A stretch of DNA of 61,254 bases, the filler included, from Sphacelaria rigidula (taxonomy: Eukaryota), in assembly GCA_964200075.2 (NCBI GenBank). It is 8 parts of 8 records of this genome, joined end to end, with 100 filler letters (N's around TTAATTAATTAA, not from the genome) between each part and the next. Parts side by side here need not be neighbours in the genome. Positions count along the whole stretch, not along the records: positions 23,011 to 30,579 come from CAXNAA020014298.1; positions 30,680 to 38,248 come from CAXNAA020014299.1; 6 more parts are not named here. One strand, written 5' to 3'. Shown piece after piece: positions 25,246 through 36,870 of this stretch; positions within the stretch are counted from its first letter, which is position 1, and each line of letters starts with the position of its first letter. The notes beneath the pieces are model-generated. The model had not been told where the DNA came from. It made no database searches and saw only the letters and a program-made list of their open reading frames with translations. A program made the translations under genes and the position numbers.

Positions 25246-26774
25246 CATCATGGATGATTTCCACTGTAATGGGCGCGCCTGACCCCCCAAAGTGAGCCCA
25301 AAAAGTGTAACTGACCAAAAGCACGAACAGACCGGAGATGACGTTCATCCTCTGACTATGCACGCCCCAAAGTCTCTCAAAGTACTTGTGATTTGAGCAG
25401 GGTTTCCATTCCACGCTTTTGAAGTTCTCTTGTTCCGGAGAACGAATCATGGCGTAGCTCGGCTACTCATCGGCGTGTATTTGTCCTAGCTACATTTTAC
25501 CGGTTGGTTTTACCTGAGACGTGACGGTGATCGAGAAAATCGCAAAAAACCCTTGTCTGTTTTTCAATTGATTCGTTATAGAACTTGCATCCTGATGAAG
25601 TAAAAAAGTTCAACCGGTGAAATTGTAGCTGTCGCGTCTTGGCGCAGATGATGCTAAAAGTCGCATCCCATTCGATGGCCGTGGCGATGAGTATTCTCTG
25701 GAACAGATTGGGCTGTGATCGCAAACACACACCCCCAGCCATCGCCGGTCTCGGCAAAACGCGAAAACCTCACCCTTGCGTAACGGCCTCGGAATAGATG
25801 ACATCCATGAATGACTCGTGATGAAGCAGATGATTGATACATCGGATATGTGGAGTGTTGCAGAATTTTAACCTCCGACTGAGCCCCCCGAAGCGAGAAC
25901 CATCTTCGCGACCTCACAGCAGCGGAGAGAACAAAATATAACACTGGCTCTCACGAAGGCGTACCGAGAACCATCGGGCAAGGCAGGTGCAACGTGTTTT
26001 GTAGGCGAAGGGTGCGTTTACTGACCTCGAATCGGCACCACAGGCGCCGATTTAGACACGAACGCGCTCTGGGACGCTAGTAGAATGACAGGAGCACAGC
26101 CCCCATGAAAGATCCGGATTTCGATTTTCACATCAAGATCAAGATTGACCGACTCACGCTCCCGACTACGCCAAGACGGCACAAAGTCGTCAGCCCACGT
26201 TTGCTGAAGCCACATGGCACCGAAGCCTCAATCATGTCTTCCATTTGACCCACCCATCCTAAGACACGCCTCTGTTGTATCGGCAATGGTGGGTTGCAGA
26301 CGACCGTGTGTTTCATTCCCTCTTGCAAAACAACATTTTTGGAGTCCGATGAACCCCGAGACCGCGAGGGTAGTCCATCTGGACCATGCATACTTTTTTC
26401 AAGTGGAAAATGATGCCGATTCAGCATGTGACCAAACCGTCGCGGTCAAAGAGCTCATGAATATCATTTTCATCAAATGAAAAGCCATGCCCACGGAACA
26501 ACAAATACACTTCGAAACGGGAGTCATTCGTCCGACAAATGTTGTGGAATCATGTCAGCCGATGAATAGAACTCGTCAAACCATGACGAGGTGGTGGACC
26601 AACACCCGCCCAGCCAACATTACACACCCGGTGACTTTTTGTACTCCACTCGTCTGTGTAGGGGCCGTCCTCGTTGAATTTCATCAGTACATATGACTTT
26701 GTCGCATGTTGAGCACATCATGTTGACCCAAATTTGATCCGCCCAAAAATGGTCCAGCTTCGTGGTTTTACTCA

Positions 26775-26980
26775 CCGGCGTTGGGCTACAAATCTTCATG
26801 GTTAAGATTACTTGATCTGAGTGCATACAACAAGAATCGGAATTTTGGTAGGGCTGACGGTCCCGTGTTCTCCTCGGGTGCGCACAACGCGTTTTCGTTG
26901 AAATCTGCGCAACAGAAGCCGATTTGGGGTCTTCCAAGGCCTCGCTTCCTTAAGGGAATGTATGTACCGCCCTTGCCCGA
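26775..26980. repeat. Dispersed repeat
   Basis: Colinear diverged copy at ~37860-38050 (ATTACTTGAT, GGCTGACGGTCCC, GATTTGGGGTCT, AAGGGAATGT). Confidence 0.75.
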
Positions 26981-27304
26981 GTGTTCTCGGTGTGCTTTGG
27001 GTTTGTTCAACCCGATCAACCTCCTTGCATGCCAGGGTATCGCAAGCGTGGACGAAAGGTGACGCAGTGGCATGTAATATATGAGGAACAACGGAAATAA
27101 CGGTTCTGGTTTTAGACGGCAGTCCACTTTCTTTCGATATAAAGTTTGGATCCATGTCGTTCTCTTCCGATGACGTAAGTAAGGCGCATTTCACTCCACG
27201 AGCCTGGATAAGCCCCAGAAGTCGGTCTGTTCGTGTCTGTTCGCGATATTGGTCGGTGACATGTTTTTTGCCCATTTTGGGGCGTCAGGCGTGCCCATAA
27301 CTGT

Positions 27305-27490
27305 GGAAAGCGTGAGAACATGAGTAAACAAAGTAGTCGACTGAATTTGTGTGACGTGAGTTGACGCGGTGCGGGGGTGCTGACCCAATCCGCGAGACCA
27401 AGATGTAAGGCGTGTACCGGGGGAGAGGTCGGTTGATCCCTTGAGACCACACACTCACCCCGAGGAAGGGAAGGGGTTCGAAGTGCGAAC
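27305..27490. repeat. Dispersed repeat
   Basis: Colinear copy at ~48296-48500 (GAGTTGACGCG, CCAATCCGCGAG, TTGATCCCTTGAG.CCAC). Confidence 0.75.
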
Positions 27491-28385
27491 AAAACAAAAA
27501 TGTCATGAACTTCTAGTACGCATCTGCTCTCGCAGTGGGCTATAGATATTGGCAGTGTTGCACCGAAAGAAACAAAAATCATGAAATATGAAAACCCGCA
27601 TACAAGAGTCATTGTATAAGACTTCAGGTGGAACCAGCAGCAAAGTAGGTGTACTTCACACGGCCGGGGANNNNNNNNNAAGGAGTGCAGGTCCGACACG
27701 CGACATCACTGCGAAGATTTGAACAAGGCAGGGGCGTCGGTGCTGGTTTATGACTAAAAATGTGACGTTTAAGTGACAAACTACCGCGTTGGGTGGCAAG
27801 AACACTGTTGCTGTGTACCCTAACCTGCGGAGGGAAAGTTAGGTAGATGTTTGGCGACCACGCAGGTCCAACCGGGTCTGCAGCACGGAGACGGTGTTGT
27901 CCATCATGTTTAGATTCCATGGGGAAACGAATTGCGGTAAAACACCATATTCGTGAGATTCAGAGCGTAGTTTCGGATTCAGAGTGAGTATTTCGAACGG
28001 AGGACCAGTTTTCTTTGTGGTCGATTCTTTGGCGAAACAGTTCGCGTCACTCATCAGCCAGACTTGGAACCGGTGAAACACGCACGTTCATCATTCGGGT
28101 TGGGGTGAGTCTCTCGGCGGTCAACATTCACGTCTTTCCTGTGCTGATTCTGCAAAATGTTTCCGATTTTTTCCTCCTTTGTGTGTTGATTTTCTCGAGC
28201 CTTTAAGAAAAGTGCTTGGTTTAAGTGCGTGTCAATGGGCTACTATCTCACAGCACGCGCCCCCGTCATTTATTTCACATGATTCCACGCCTTGTCGCAC
28301 AAAACGCAGCGACACATTGACTGGGATACGAGGGTATCTCCCATTTGAGGCGAAGTATTGCCACGTGTCGGTCCTTGAACGTCAC

Positions 28386-29179
28386 TCATTCCATCCTAAA
28401 AAATACGAAACAGACCCCACCGAACGGGAAGGTATCCTCAACAGCAAAGTGTTCAAACGACACAAGTCTTCTCCTGCTATTCTCTATTTTGCGGGCCCTC
28501 CTGTCTGACGTGCGCTTCTGCGAGGGGAGGCTACAGTGGTACGTTTGATAGTAGGATCCTCCTCCGTCTTGTAGTTGGGGATGAAACATGGACTTCACAT
28601 CCTGCTTGGACCACTTCTCTTCCCACAACGAGCGCCTGGCGACGTTTTGAGCTCCCGCCTTACTAGTAGATGAATTCATGGAATACGAGAAACACATCGG
28701 ATCGGGTTTGAGGCACAGCGTTGCGTGCTCCCGAGCAATCTCCGTGGGCTCTAAGAGGGCCTTAAATTGCTCAGCGGTGCAGAGAGCAAACCGCGGCACT
28801 CCGTCAATCTCAACCGAGTGCAAAACCTCCTGGGGTGTCAGCACCTCATAGCTACCTACAGCATAAAGCGGCATCGCTTCGTCTACGAGCTTCAAATCTT
28901 GTGTGGCGAACACGCCCACGCCATCCAGATTAGATCCCTGTCACCGGAAAGGGGACAAAAACAAAAAAAGTGTGCGTAGAATACGTTGCGAGGGGCCAGG
29001 ATGAGTGGAGCAAATAGCAGGGAAATGAGAAGAGGAACGAAGACTTTCGAGTTTGGCACTAGTACCTTTATTTCCAAGCCCTGCTCTTCCGCGAAGCTTT
29101 TGGCTGTATCGAGCGCTTGTCGTGAAGACGCATATTAGTCTGTTGGAGCTGCTTCAGACCCGTTGTCGATTCTAGCCAT
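28386..29179 (-). pseudogene. Divergent SET-domain-like gene with an in-frame stop
   Basis: Exon 29179-29066, a GT-AG intron at 29065-28938 and an exon from 28937 splice to GLEIK|GSNLDGVGVFATQDL, a SET N-terminal motif. Later come YSMNSS..NV (NHS-like) and GGSYY. TAA at 29137-29135 interrupts the first exon. Confidence 0.55.
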
Positions 29180-32100
29180 GGCGTGCGTTTGTTCCGGAGA
29201 CTACAGGTCTGTTCAGAGTTGGTCGGATACGAAAGTGAACCTGTATAATCACAGGGATGATGCGGGCTTTGTTCGCTGTAGCCACGAACAAACCCCCCCT
29301 CATGAGCACTATCAACTGCTCCCCTCTGCTAGCCAACAAAAGGAAGTCTAACCATCGGTGAGAGATATTGGCTGGTCTGGGTTGGATTGATTGAGTGGGT
29401 ATCGGAGTTGGAATCAAGATAATTAAGAGAGAAGTCAAGAACCTATTGCGTGAACCTCGGCTGATATTTGGATACTGAGCAGGTTACACGGTATCTACAA
29501 GTTGTAACAGCCTGACGGTTGTACACTTGCCTGCCAAGCTTGTGCCCTGGGTTGCAAGCTGTGTCCTTGCATTATACTGCCGCTTGCTCTTTATCACATT
29601 GGCGTCGACGGTAGGACTCTTTATTACGTTGGCGTTTGACTAAGGAACTTGCTCTTTTGCTATTGCGTTTCTTTCTTGTACCGAGTTTTACACCTGGCTG
29701 CCAGCTGTGTACTGCAGCTTTTGATCAGTTGCCCTTTTCCCTTCGGAGTTGTAGTCAAACCTACCGCAAGATAGTCAGTAGCTCTCGAGCTTCTGCCCCG
29801 TGTATTCCTCGGTAATGTGTATTCGTGCCCTGCTACTTGCAATTGCTGTAGCGTTCGACGCCACATCTTGTGTGGTCAACGTGGGATCAACGCGCACTGC
29901 TTGCTGTTCTTACCGTGCTGTCAATTTGATATCACCTGCACAAGTCCCAACGATATCAATCCCGCCTGCACGACTTTTGAATCTTTTTTTGATTCAACAG
30001 CACGGTGCGATCTCCCGCACCAAGCCATCGTTGGCTCGTGTATTTGGCCTTGTGGTCCCTTTCCTTCTGCAGAAAAAATCTTCTACTACAGGTTTGTACA
30101 GAACACCGATGCACAAAGGCGCACTGTTCTTCACAGCCAGCCGCTGTTCCCGACCCGAACTCCTGCCAAGCTGGCACGCTACTGCTCTTATTTTTCAGTA
30201 TCGATTGTACGCGATTGTTGTATCTTTCCTTCACGAAATTACTGAAGTAAGTACAGACCATGTCCACACAGTGTGATAACGGACGTCTGCACCGAACTTT
30301 GGATTGTTCCCGTACTTTACCTTCGTTGCTCGAGCGACCTTGTTGTTGTAGCTTTAGCTTTGTTGCTTGTGGCTAAGTTGTTCTAGTTGTCCTCTTGTGC
30401 ACTTCGCACAGCTGGAAGGCAACGCGATACATCACCGTGGTAAGTAGCAATACACAGCATACCGCATTGTGAGTTTTTTCTCCTTTGAAAACTTCTCGAA
30501 CGAACAACTTTATTGTTCCAGGACGGTTACTACTAGTTGAAACATTTCGACCTCCGTTACGTGCTCATTTGAACAGACANNNNNNNNNNNNNNNNNNNNN
30601 NNNNNNNNNNNNNNNNNNNNNNNTTAATTAATTAANNNNNNNNNNNNNNNNNNNNNNNNNNNNNNNNNNNNNNNNNNNNCCCCAAAAGGGGAGGAGGGTA
30701 TATCCCAAAAACTCAAAACACACCAAAAAAACAAACCCCCCCCCCCCCCCCCCCCCCCTTATCGTAGGATGACTCGTAAGTAGGATGGCAATTTTCGTGG
30801 GGGGAGCTTTGGTCATCATGACATCCGATGAAATCTCGCAAGTATTTATCAGAAAACATGGAATGGATTTGTTCTGTCGGTCAGTAGCTTTACACTGCAC
30901 TTCTTCGTACAGTGCGAGTTCTACCACAGCAAAGTCGAAGTCACCTGTCTGTCACAAATTCGATCCGTTATGCTAGTACAAGTAGTTACACTATACGATA
31001 ACAGTGCAGGGCCCCAGCATAATGCGGTCATACCGCGCGTACGACCCACCATATCTTGCTGGGGCCCCCACAGATCATATATCCCGTGCTTGCGATTAGC
31101 TTTTTCTAACCGTTGGGATGACTGAAAAACTGGCATCAAAGTAAGTATGGGTCGATAGTTCTAAAGCAGAGACACATCCGCATTACTTCTCGTAAATTCC
31201 ATTCTCATGCCAGAGTGCTCCCCCCCTCTCTGTGCTCCGTCTCGAAAGGGATGCGTGGTCAATGGTCAAACGACTATGGCAAGCAACAAATGAGTACGCC
31301 CCCCTCCCCCTTCCTTGTTTTGCGATGATTTGCACAAAGTACTCTCGCGGGCTTACTGTTACACATATATAGTCATAGCGAGCTCATCCACGCCGCGGAA
31401 ACCCACACACTGGTCGCAAAGATCCGTCCGGGTGGTTTACAGGAGTTTGTCTACACATGTGTGAAGAGTTCGCCACCGTGCACCAAACTTCACCGTTGTC
31501 TTCGAATCCATGACCAGCACAGTTAAAACGCGCCGGCCTCACATGCTACCCTGTCAAACACGATATATGTGGCATCGTGTGTGTAGGCTGATCGCTGCAG
31601 CTGATGAACACCAGCGACGGCCATGACACATCATAGAATAACACAGCAGGGCAGCTCATTCGTACCATTCCGATGATGGGCATCGGTTGCCTAAACATGT
31701 AGAACCCCTTGTGGAAACTATCATCAGAAATCATGCCGTTTCATGACAAACGCCCGAAAAAATCATCAACTCACTGGAAACGAACACCTCCCTGTGACGC
31801 CACGTGCCTGACGAAACGTTTTAAGAGTTCAAAATGTCGTCGCACGTACCATGTTCTGATGGTGCGTGTCGGAGTTGCTATGTCCCCCCAAGGTACTGTC
31901 CTTGCTGCACGACGTTCGCCGACGATCTCAGGACACTGCCCCTATACTTGTACAACGCTTGTACAACGAAGAACGCCCCGTAGGAAGAAGCTGCGTCAGA
32001 CCAATGTGGTGCACACCCGCGATCCATCAACCAGCGGTGAACACCTACTAGGCATTCTTCCGCCTACATATATTACCTAACCTAGATAACAACGGTGGTT

Positions 32101-34080
32101 AGAGTCTACAGAACCCTCTGTCTAGGTTCTGTTTCGGTTCTGACCTCCACCACGGCGGTATGTCCTTCAATACTTTGTGGGAAAAGACGAATCTTCAACC
32201 AGAGGGCGTAGTCATTGTACAACTGCAACATCGTTGGAATTTCAACATAGGCCGTAGGGTGATGCTAATAGCACGAAATCACCTGGGAATGTTTCTGTCC
32301 AGGAGTTTCAGGCCTTGCCACAGCTCTTTTGATCGAACCCATACTCGAGTTGGGTTAGCCTTACAATGGATCGAAGCTCTCATAGCTTTATCTCGTCGAC
32401 ATACCCGAATTGAGCCGTGATTCGCACATCTTATTATTACCCAATATAGGGGAAGGTGTTTAGGTGCAGAAAAGATCTGGGCCGATCATTTCTCGTTAAT
32501 TACGAGTAAACCGTAGTTCGCGCGGAGATAGGGTCCATACCGAGGTTTACACAAAACCCCGACTGATACGTGGAGCGGGCGATGATGATGCTTTATGCGA
32601 ACATCCCCTGGAGCACGGGCAAACGATTAGTTCTCTCACTTCTAAATACCTGCAGGTACCGCATTTTGTTCAAGCCGTGTTTATTTTTTAGAGGCAATTC
32701 TCGAAACCTCAGAGCCAAGCGAATATGAAAAGTGGTCTAAACTCCGTTGGTGGGGCACTGCAAAATGCCCAAGATGTGTGGAGGCGATATTCCCTGTTTT
32801 GTTGAGAGGTCAAAACTTGTGTCAACGGTCCACGAATAAAGATTACGACCCCCCAAAAAAACGAGCCGTAAGAAACGATCTTGCTCAGTTTTTCAGTTCA
32901 GCCCAGGTGATTGATTAAGTCATTGAAATATACTGTGGAGACTCGCAAGTGCATACCACAAAAAAAACAAAAGAAACCCGGGCCTTCATTTTCGACGGTG
33001 GGTTGAGGACGTGCTCGTGACAAACTGGCCCATACTACGCTGAAGTGTCTTCACCTCATGTAACAAAACCAAACTCGCTGTCCCCCTGTTTTTTGTTTTT
33101 TGCCGCAGCGAATCTCCACACAAACGTTCGAGGCACAAGTACCAAAACTGGGCTGGTAAACGACCTTTTATATTCTGTGCCAATTCTCGAGCGACCCGGG
33201 CTGTGAATCTGGCACTCTCATCTCAGTTACTAGAGTTGGACTTCCCAAATTTGACATTTACAATCGTGGGGGCACAAAAAAAACGCACTTGCGGGACAGC
33301 AATTTGAGGTTCATGATTTAGCCCCGTTTTAGTGAAACATGGATATTGTTTTTCGCCCAGGAGTCATGGAAGGAACAGCATTCTCAATGTCTCGAAACTT
33401 CTACTGCATGTTTATGTGATGCCGTAGCGGTTTCCTATGATTGATTTCAAAGTGCGCTTTCGAGTACAACATCGCTCTCATCTTTCTCCCAAGCCGAGAT
33501 ACCGTGCGTGCATTTTTGCTGGCGCTGTTAAAAAGCAAAGCTGCTGCGCCCACCCCCTCGCGCCCGTTCAAGTATGTACCCGAGTAGATTGCTCGTATGA
33601 TGCTGCATAGCGATCGCTCACCCTTTCGATTATTATTTCTGGCTCTTGATCGTGCACAACGTTTTTGATCTGACTGGTCCTGTGTGACCTGTAAGCCCTA
33701 CGTTTGTTACTTTGAAATATATCAATCTGCCATTTCTCTCTGATACGACATCCTTTAGCATCGGTGTTGTGCTTTACATCCACCCATGATGGTCCTTCGT
33801 TTTGTCCCACACTGGTGCTTGATCCGCTTCCGATCCCTACTGTAATAGCGTAGAGGGCGTCGGATTCGCTGAGTTTATCTTGCAAGTTGGCGTCAGCTTA
33901 CATGAAGCGTCTTCTGAGCTGAATGCAGGCCGACGCTTCTTCTCCGGAGTATATCCAGCAATAACAATGTCATTCGTTCTGCAAAGCTTTTGAACAGCGC
34001 ACGGAGTATTTTCCGCCGTCTTCGTATTTGCGCTATACTGTAAGCAGGGCGTTTTCGAAGGAGCGCCACCGAAGGAGCTG

Positions 34081-36423
34081 ATGACCGACATTTCTAGAAG
34101 AAGGTACATCAACAAGTACGCCAGGGGGGGAATGGTGGATGTGGTGAACGAGTGCGGCTACGAGGGCTGCTCCACGCTGCCGACGTATAGTGTAGCAGGA
34201 AACACCAGGGCAGCGTTCTGTTCCAAGCATGCCAGGGCGGGAATAGTGAAGGTGGGGAAAATGATGTGCGGCTTCGAGGGTTGTCCCACGTTTGCGTCGT
34301 ATGGTGTGGGGGCAGGCGAAGATGCAAAGTTATGTTCCAAGCACGCCAGAGTGGGAATGGTGAATGTGGTGAAGAAGGAGTGCGGCTACGACGACTGTCC
34401 CTCGCTATCGCTGTATGGTGTGGCGGGGAGCAAGAAGGCGGAGTTCTGTTCCAAGCATGCCAGGCCGGAAATGGTGAATGTGGCAACCAAGATGTGCGGC
34501 TACGAGGGCTGCTGCAAGGTGCCATCGTATGGTGCGGCGGGAAGCAAAAAGGCGGAGTTTTGCTCGGAGCATGCCAGGGCGGGAATGGTGAATGTAAAGT
34601 ACAAATTGTGCAGTGACGACGGCTGCTGCAGGGTGCCGTCGTATGGTGTGGCGGGAAGCAAGAACGCGGAGTTTTGTTCCAAGCATGCCAGGGCGGGAAT
34701 GGTGAATGTGGTGAACAAGAAGTGCGGCTACGACGGCTGCTGCAAGGTGTCGTCGCATGGTGCGGCGGGAACCAAGAGGGCGGAGTTTTGCTCGAAACAT
34801 GCCAGAGTGGGAATGGTGAATGTGGTAAAGAGGAAGTGCGACTACGAGGGCTGCTGCAGGATACCGTCGTATGGTGTGGCGGGAACCAAGAAGGCGGAGT
34901 TTTGTTCGAAGCATGCCAGGGCGGGAATGGTGAATGCGGTGAACGGGAGCTGCGGCTACGACGGCTGTCCCACGCGTCCGTCTTATGGTATGGCGGGGAG
35001 CAATAAGGCGGAATTCTGTTCGAAGCATGCCAGGGCAGGAATGGTGAATGTGGTGAACAAGATGTGCGGCTACGAGAGCTGCTTCACTCTGCCGTCGTAT
35101 GGTGCGGCGGAAAGCAAGAAGCCGGAGTTCTGTTCCAAGCATGCCAGGGCGGGAATGGTGAATGTGGTGCAGAAGATATGCGGCTACGACGGCTGTCCCA
35201 CGCGTCCGTCGTATGGTGTGGTGGGGAGCAGGAAGGCAGAGTTCTGTTCCAAGCATGCTAGAGCGGGAATGGTGAATGTGGTGAACAAGATGTGCAGCTA
35301 CAAGGGCTGTCCGACGCAACCGTCGTATGGCATGGCGGGAAGCAAGAAGGCGGAGTTTTGTTCCAAGCATGCCAGGCCGGGAATGGTGAATGTGAAGCAC
35401 AAAATGTGCGGTGACGACGGCTGCTGCAGGATGTCGTCGTATGGTGTGGTGGGGAGCAGGAAGGCAGAGTTCTGTTCCAAGCACGCCAGGGCGGGAATGG
35501 TGAACGTGATGAACAAGATATGCCGCTACAAGGGCTATCCGACGCAACCGTCGCATGGTGCGGCGGGAAGCAAGAAGGCGGAGTTTTGTTCCAAGCATGC
35601 CAGGCCGGGAATGGTAAATGTGACATACAAAATGTGCGGTGACGACGGCTGCTGCAGGATGTCGTCGTATGGTGTGGCGGGAAGCAATGAGGCGAAGTTC
35701 TTCTCCAGTCATGCCAGGGCGGGAATGGTGAATGTGGTAGGTCAGAGGTACGGCAAGAAGAGGTGTTCCCAAGCACCTCTCAACAAGAAGGATAGCGTTG
35801 ATGCCGAAACGCTTTGCCAACAGCATGCTAGTGCACACAACACAGCTGCCGTTTTTGACACCACGAAGCTCAACCCTGGTAAGGGCACCCCTGGCCGTAG
35901 CGCGACGGAGGGTGATGGAGGAAGCGTTGCTAATATACGAGGAGTGAAGCGCAAGCGCGCAGCACTCTCGGGTTCTGGTGCAAACGACGGCGTACGTGCT
36001 CGCCATAGTGTGTGCGCCAGTTCCGGGCTGGTGGAGAGGACACCGTCGCTCTCGGGACGTCCACGTTTGCTCCTGGAACACCCAACTTCGAGGGCTGATG
36101 ATGAGGTGTCTCTGCGGGCAGTAGCAAGAGCAGGAATGAAGGTAGAGCTAGCAGTCCCTTCTCCTGCACACGGTGGCGATGGGACGAGGATGTTTCATAA
36201 GCAGGCTTCTCCTTCAAGTGGTTGGAGCAGCGAACGTGGGAGTAGTGGAGTCATCGGGAGTGATGATAGTGGTACGGGGTGGGCTTGTGGTCTGCTGGCA
36301 ACGGTACCTGGATGCCTGGGCACATTTGATGATGAGACGGTTGGAAAGGTAGATGAGGCTTTAAACGTGAAGTTGGAGCTAGGAGTCTCGAGTCCTATTC
36401 GTGGGACGTCCAGTACACGGTAG
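34081..36423 (+). CDS. EsV-1-7 repeat protein, 780 aa, with 14 tandem 38-aa C-C-C-H repeats and a low-complexity C-terminal tail
   Basis: Uninterrupted ORF. Consensus repeat CGYDGCxxxPSYGxAGSKKAEFCSKHARAGMVNVxxKx. The tail carries VKRKR, MKVE and VKLE. An in-frame acceptor (CAG|34048) could add an upstream exon. Confidence 0.93.
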   Translation: MTDISRRRYINKYARGGMVDVVNECGYEGCSTLPTYSVAGNTRAAFCSKHARAGIVKVGKMMCGFEGCPTFASYGVGAGEDAKLCSKHARVGMVNVVKKECGYDDCPSLSLYGVAGSKKAEFCSKHARPEMVNVATKMCGYEGCCKVPSYGAAGSKKAEFCSEHARAGMVNVKYKLCSDDGCCRVPSYGVAGSKNAEFCSKHARAGMVNVVNKKCGYDGCCKVSSHGAAGTKRAEFCSKHARVGMVNVVKRKCDYEGCCRIPSYGVAGTKKAEFCSKHARAGMVNAVNGSCGYDGCPTRPSYGMAGSNKAEFCSKHARAGMVNVVNKMCGYESCFTLPSYGAAESKKPEFCSKHARAGMVNVVQKICGYDGCPTRPSYGVVGSRKAEFCSKHARAGMVNVVNKMCSYKGCPTQPSYGMAGSKKAEFCSKHARPGMVNVKHKMCGDDGCCRMSSYGVVGSRKAEFCSKHARAGMVNVMNKICRYKGYPTQPSHGAAGSKKAEFCSKHARPGMVNVTYKMCGDDGCCRMSSYGVAGSNEAKFFSSHARAGMVNVVGQRYGKKRCSQAPLNKKDSVDAETLCQQHASAHNTAAVFDTTKLNPGKGTPGRSATEGDGGSVANIRGVKRKRAALSGSGANDGVRARHSVCASSGLVERTPSLSGRPRLLLEHPTSRADDEVSLRAVARAGMKVELAVPSPAHGGDGTRMFHKQASPSSGWSSERGSSGVIGSDDSGTGWACGLLATVPGCLGTFDDETVGKVDEALNVKLELGVSSPIRGTSSTR
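34153..35748 (+). repeat. Coding tandem array, 14 x 114 bp without indels
   Basis: First Cys codon at 34153. Position 34153+14x114=35749 is the start of a decayed 15th unit (YGKKRC..LCQQH). Confidence 0.97.
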
Positions 36424-36870
36424 ATGTTACCATTCCTTGCACCGTTCTCGTTGCTCAGATGGTCCAGGTAGTGAGTGTTGGCATGTGCTCACGTATGGTG
36501 TCAGCGGTCTGAAACGATCATTAGTCGTCACAGTGTCTTCTCTTCCACAACGCGGAGCAGTTCTTGATTTCGACGGGGTCCTGATATATCAGGGTTTTTC
36601 CAGATCGAGAGTCTAGCGTTTGATCGCGAGTAAGAACACAAGAAACAGGGATTCCAAATATTTTGTCTGACTGGCGCTTGTTGGGGAATACTTATCCGAG
36701 TCAGCCCAGGATAGGTTCGAATGAGAGCGCTTCGTCATGGGTTTTGGCTTCGTCAACATGTGTATTTTGAACTCTCGGGAGTCCCAGAAATGGTATATTC
36801 ATGTCTGAAATGGTTTCGGTTCTAACATGCCCGTCTAGGCTTCATACAACAGTGCTTTCGTGAGATGGAG

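Noticed and set aside
34153-35748. 114-bp array as a CRISPR array
   Set aside because: The whole unit is homologous and protein-coding. There are no unique spacers and no cas genes, and the context is eukaryotic.
34405-36081. 558-aa antisense ORF with repeated HHIHHSRPG
   Set aside because: Shadow of the sense repeat: a stop-free reverse frame in one unit is copied through the whole array.
23541-36423. Two EsV-1-7 genes plus a SET-like gene as a PRDM9-like cluster or an endogenous virus
   Set aside because: The 14-repeat gene is on a different contig. The 5-repeat gene and the SET relic are on opposite strands, 4 kb apart and separated by repeats. No viral core genes were seen.
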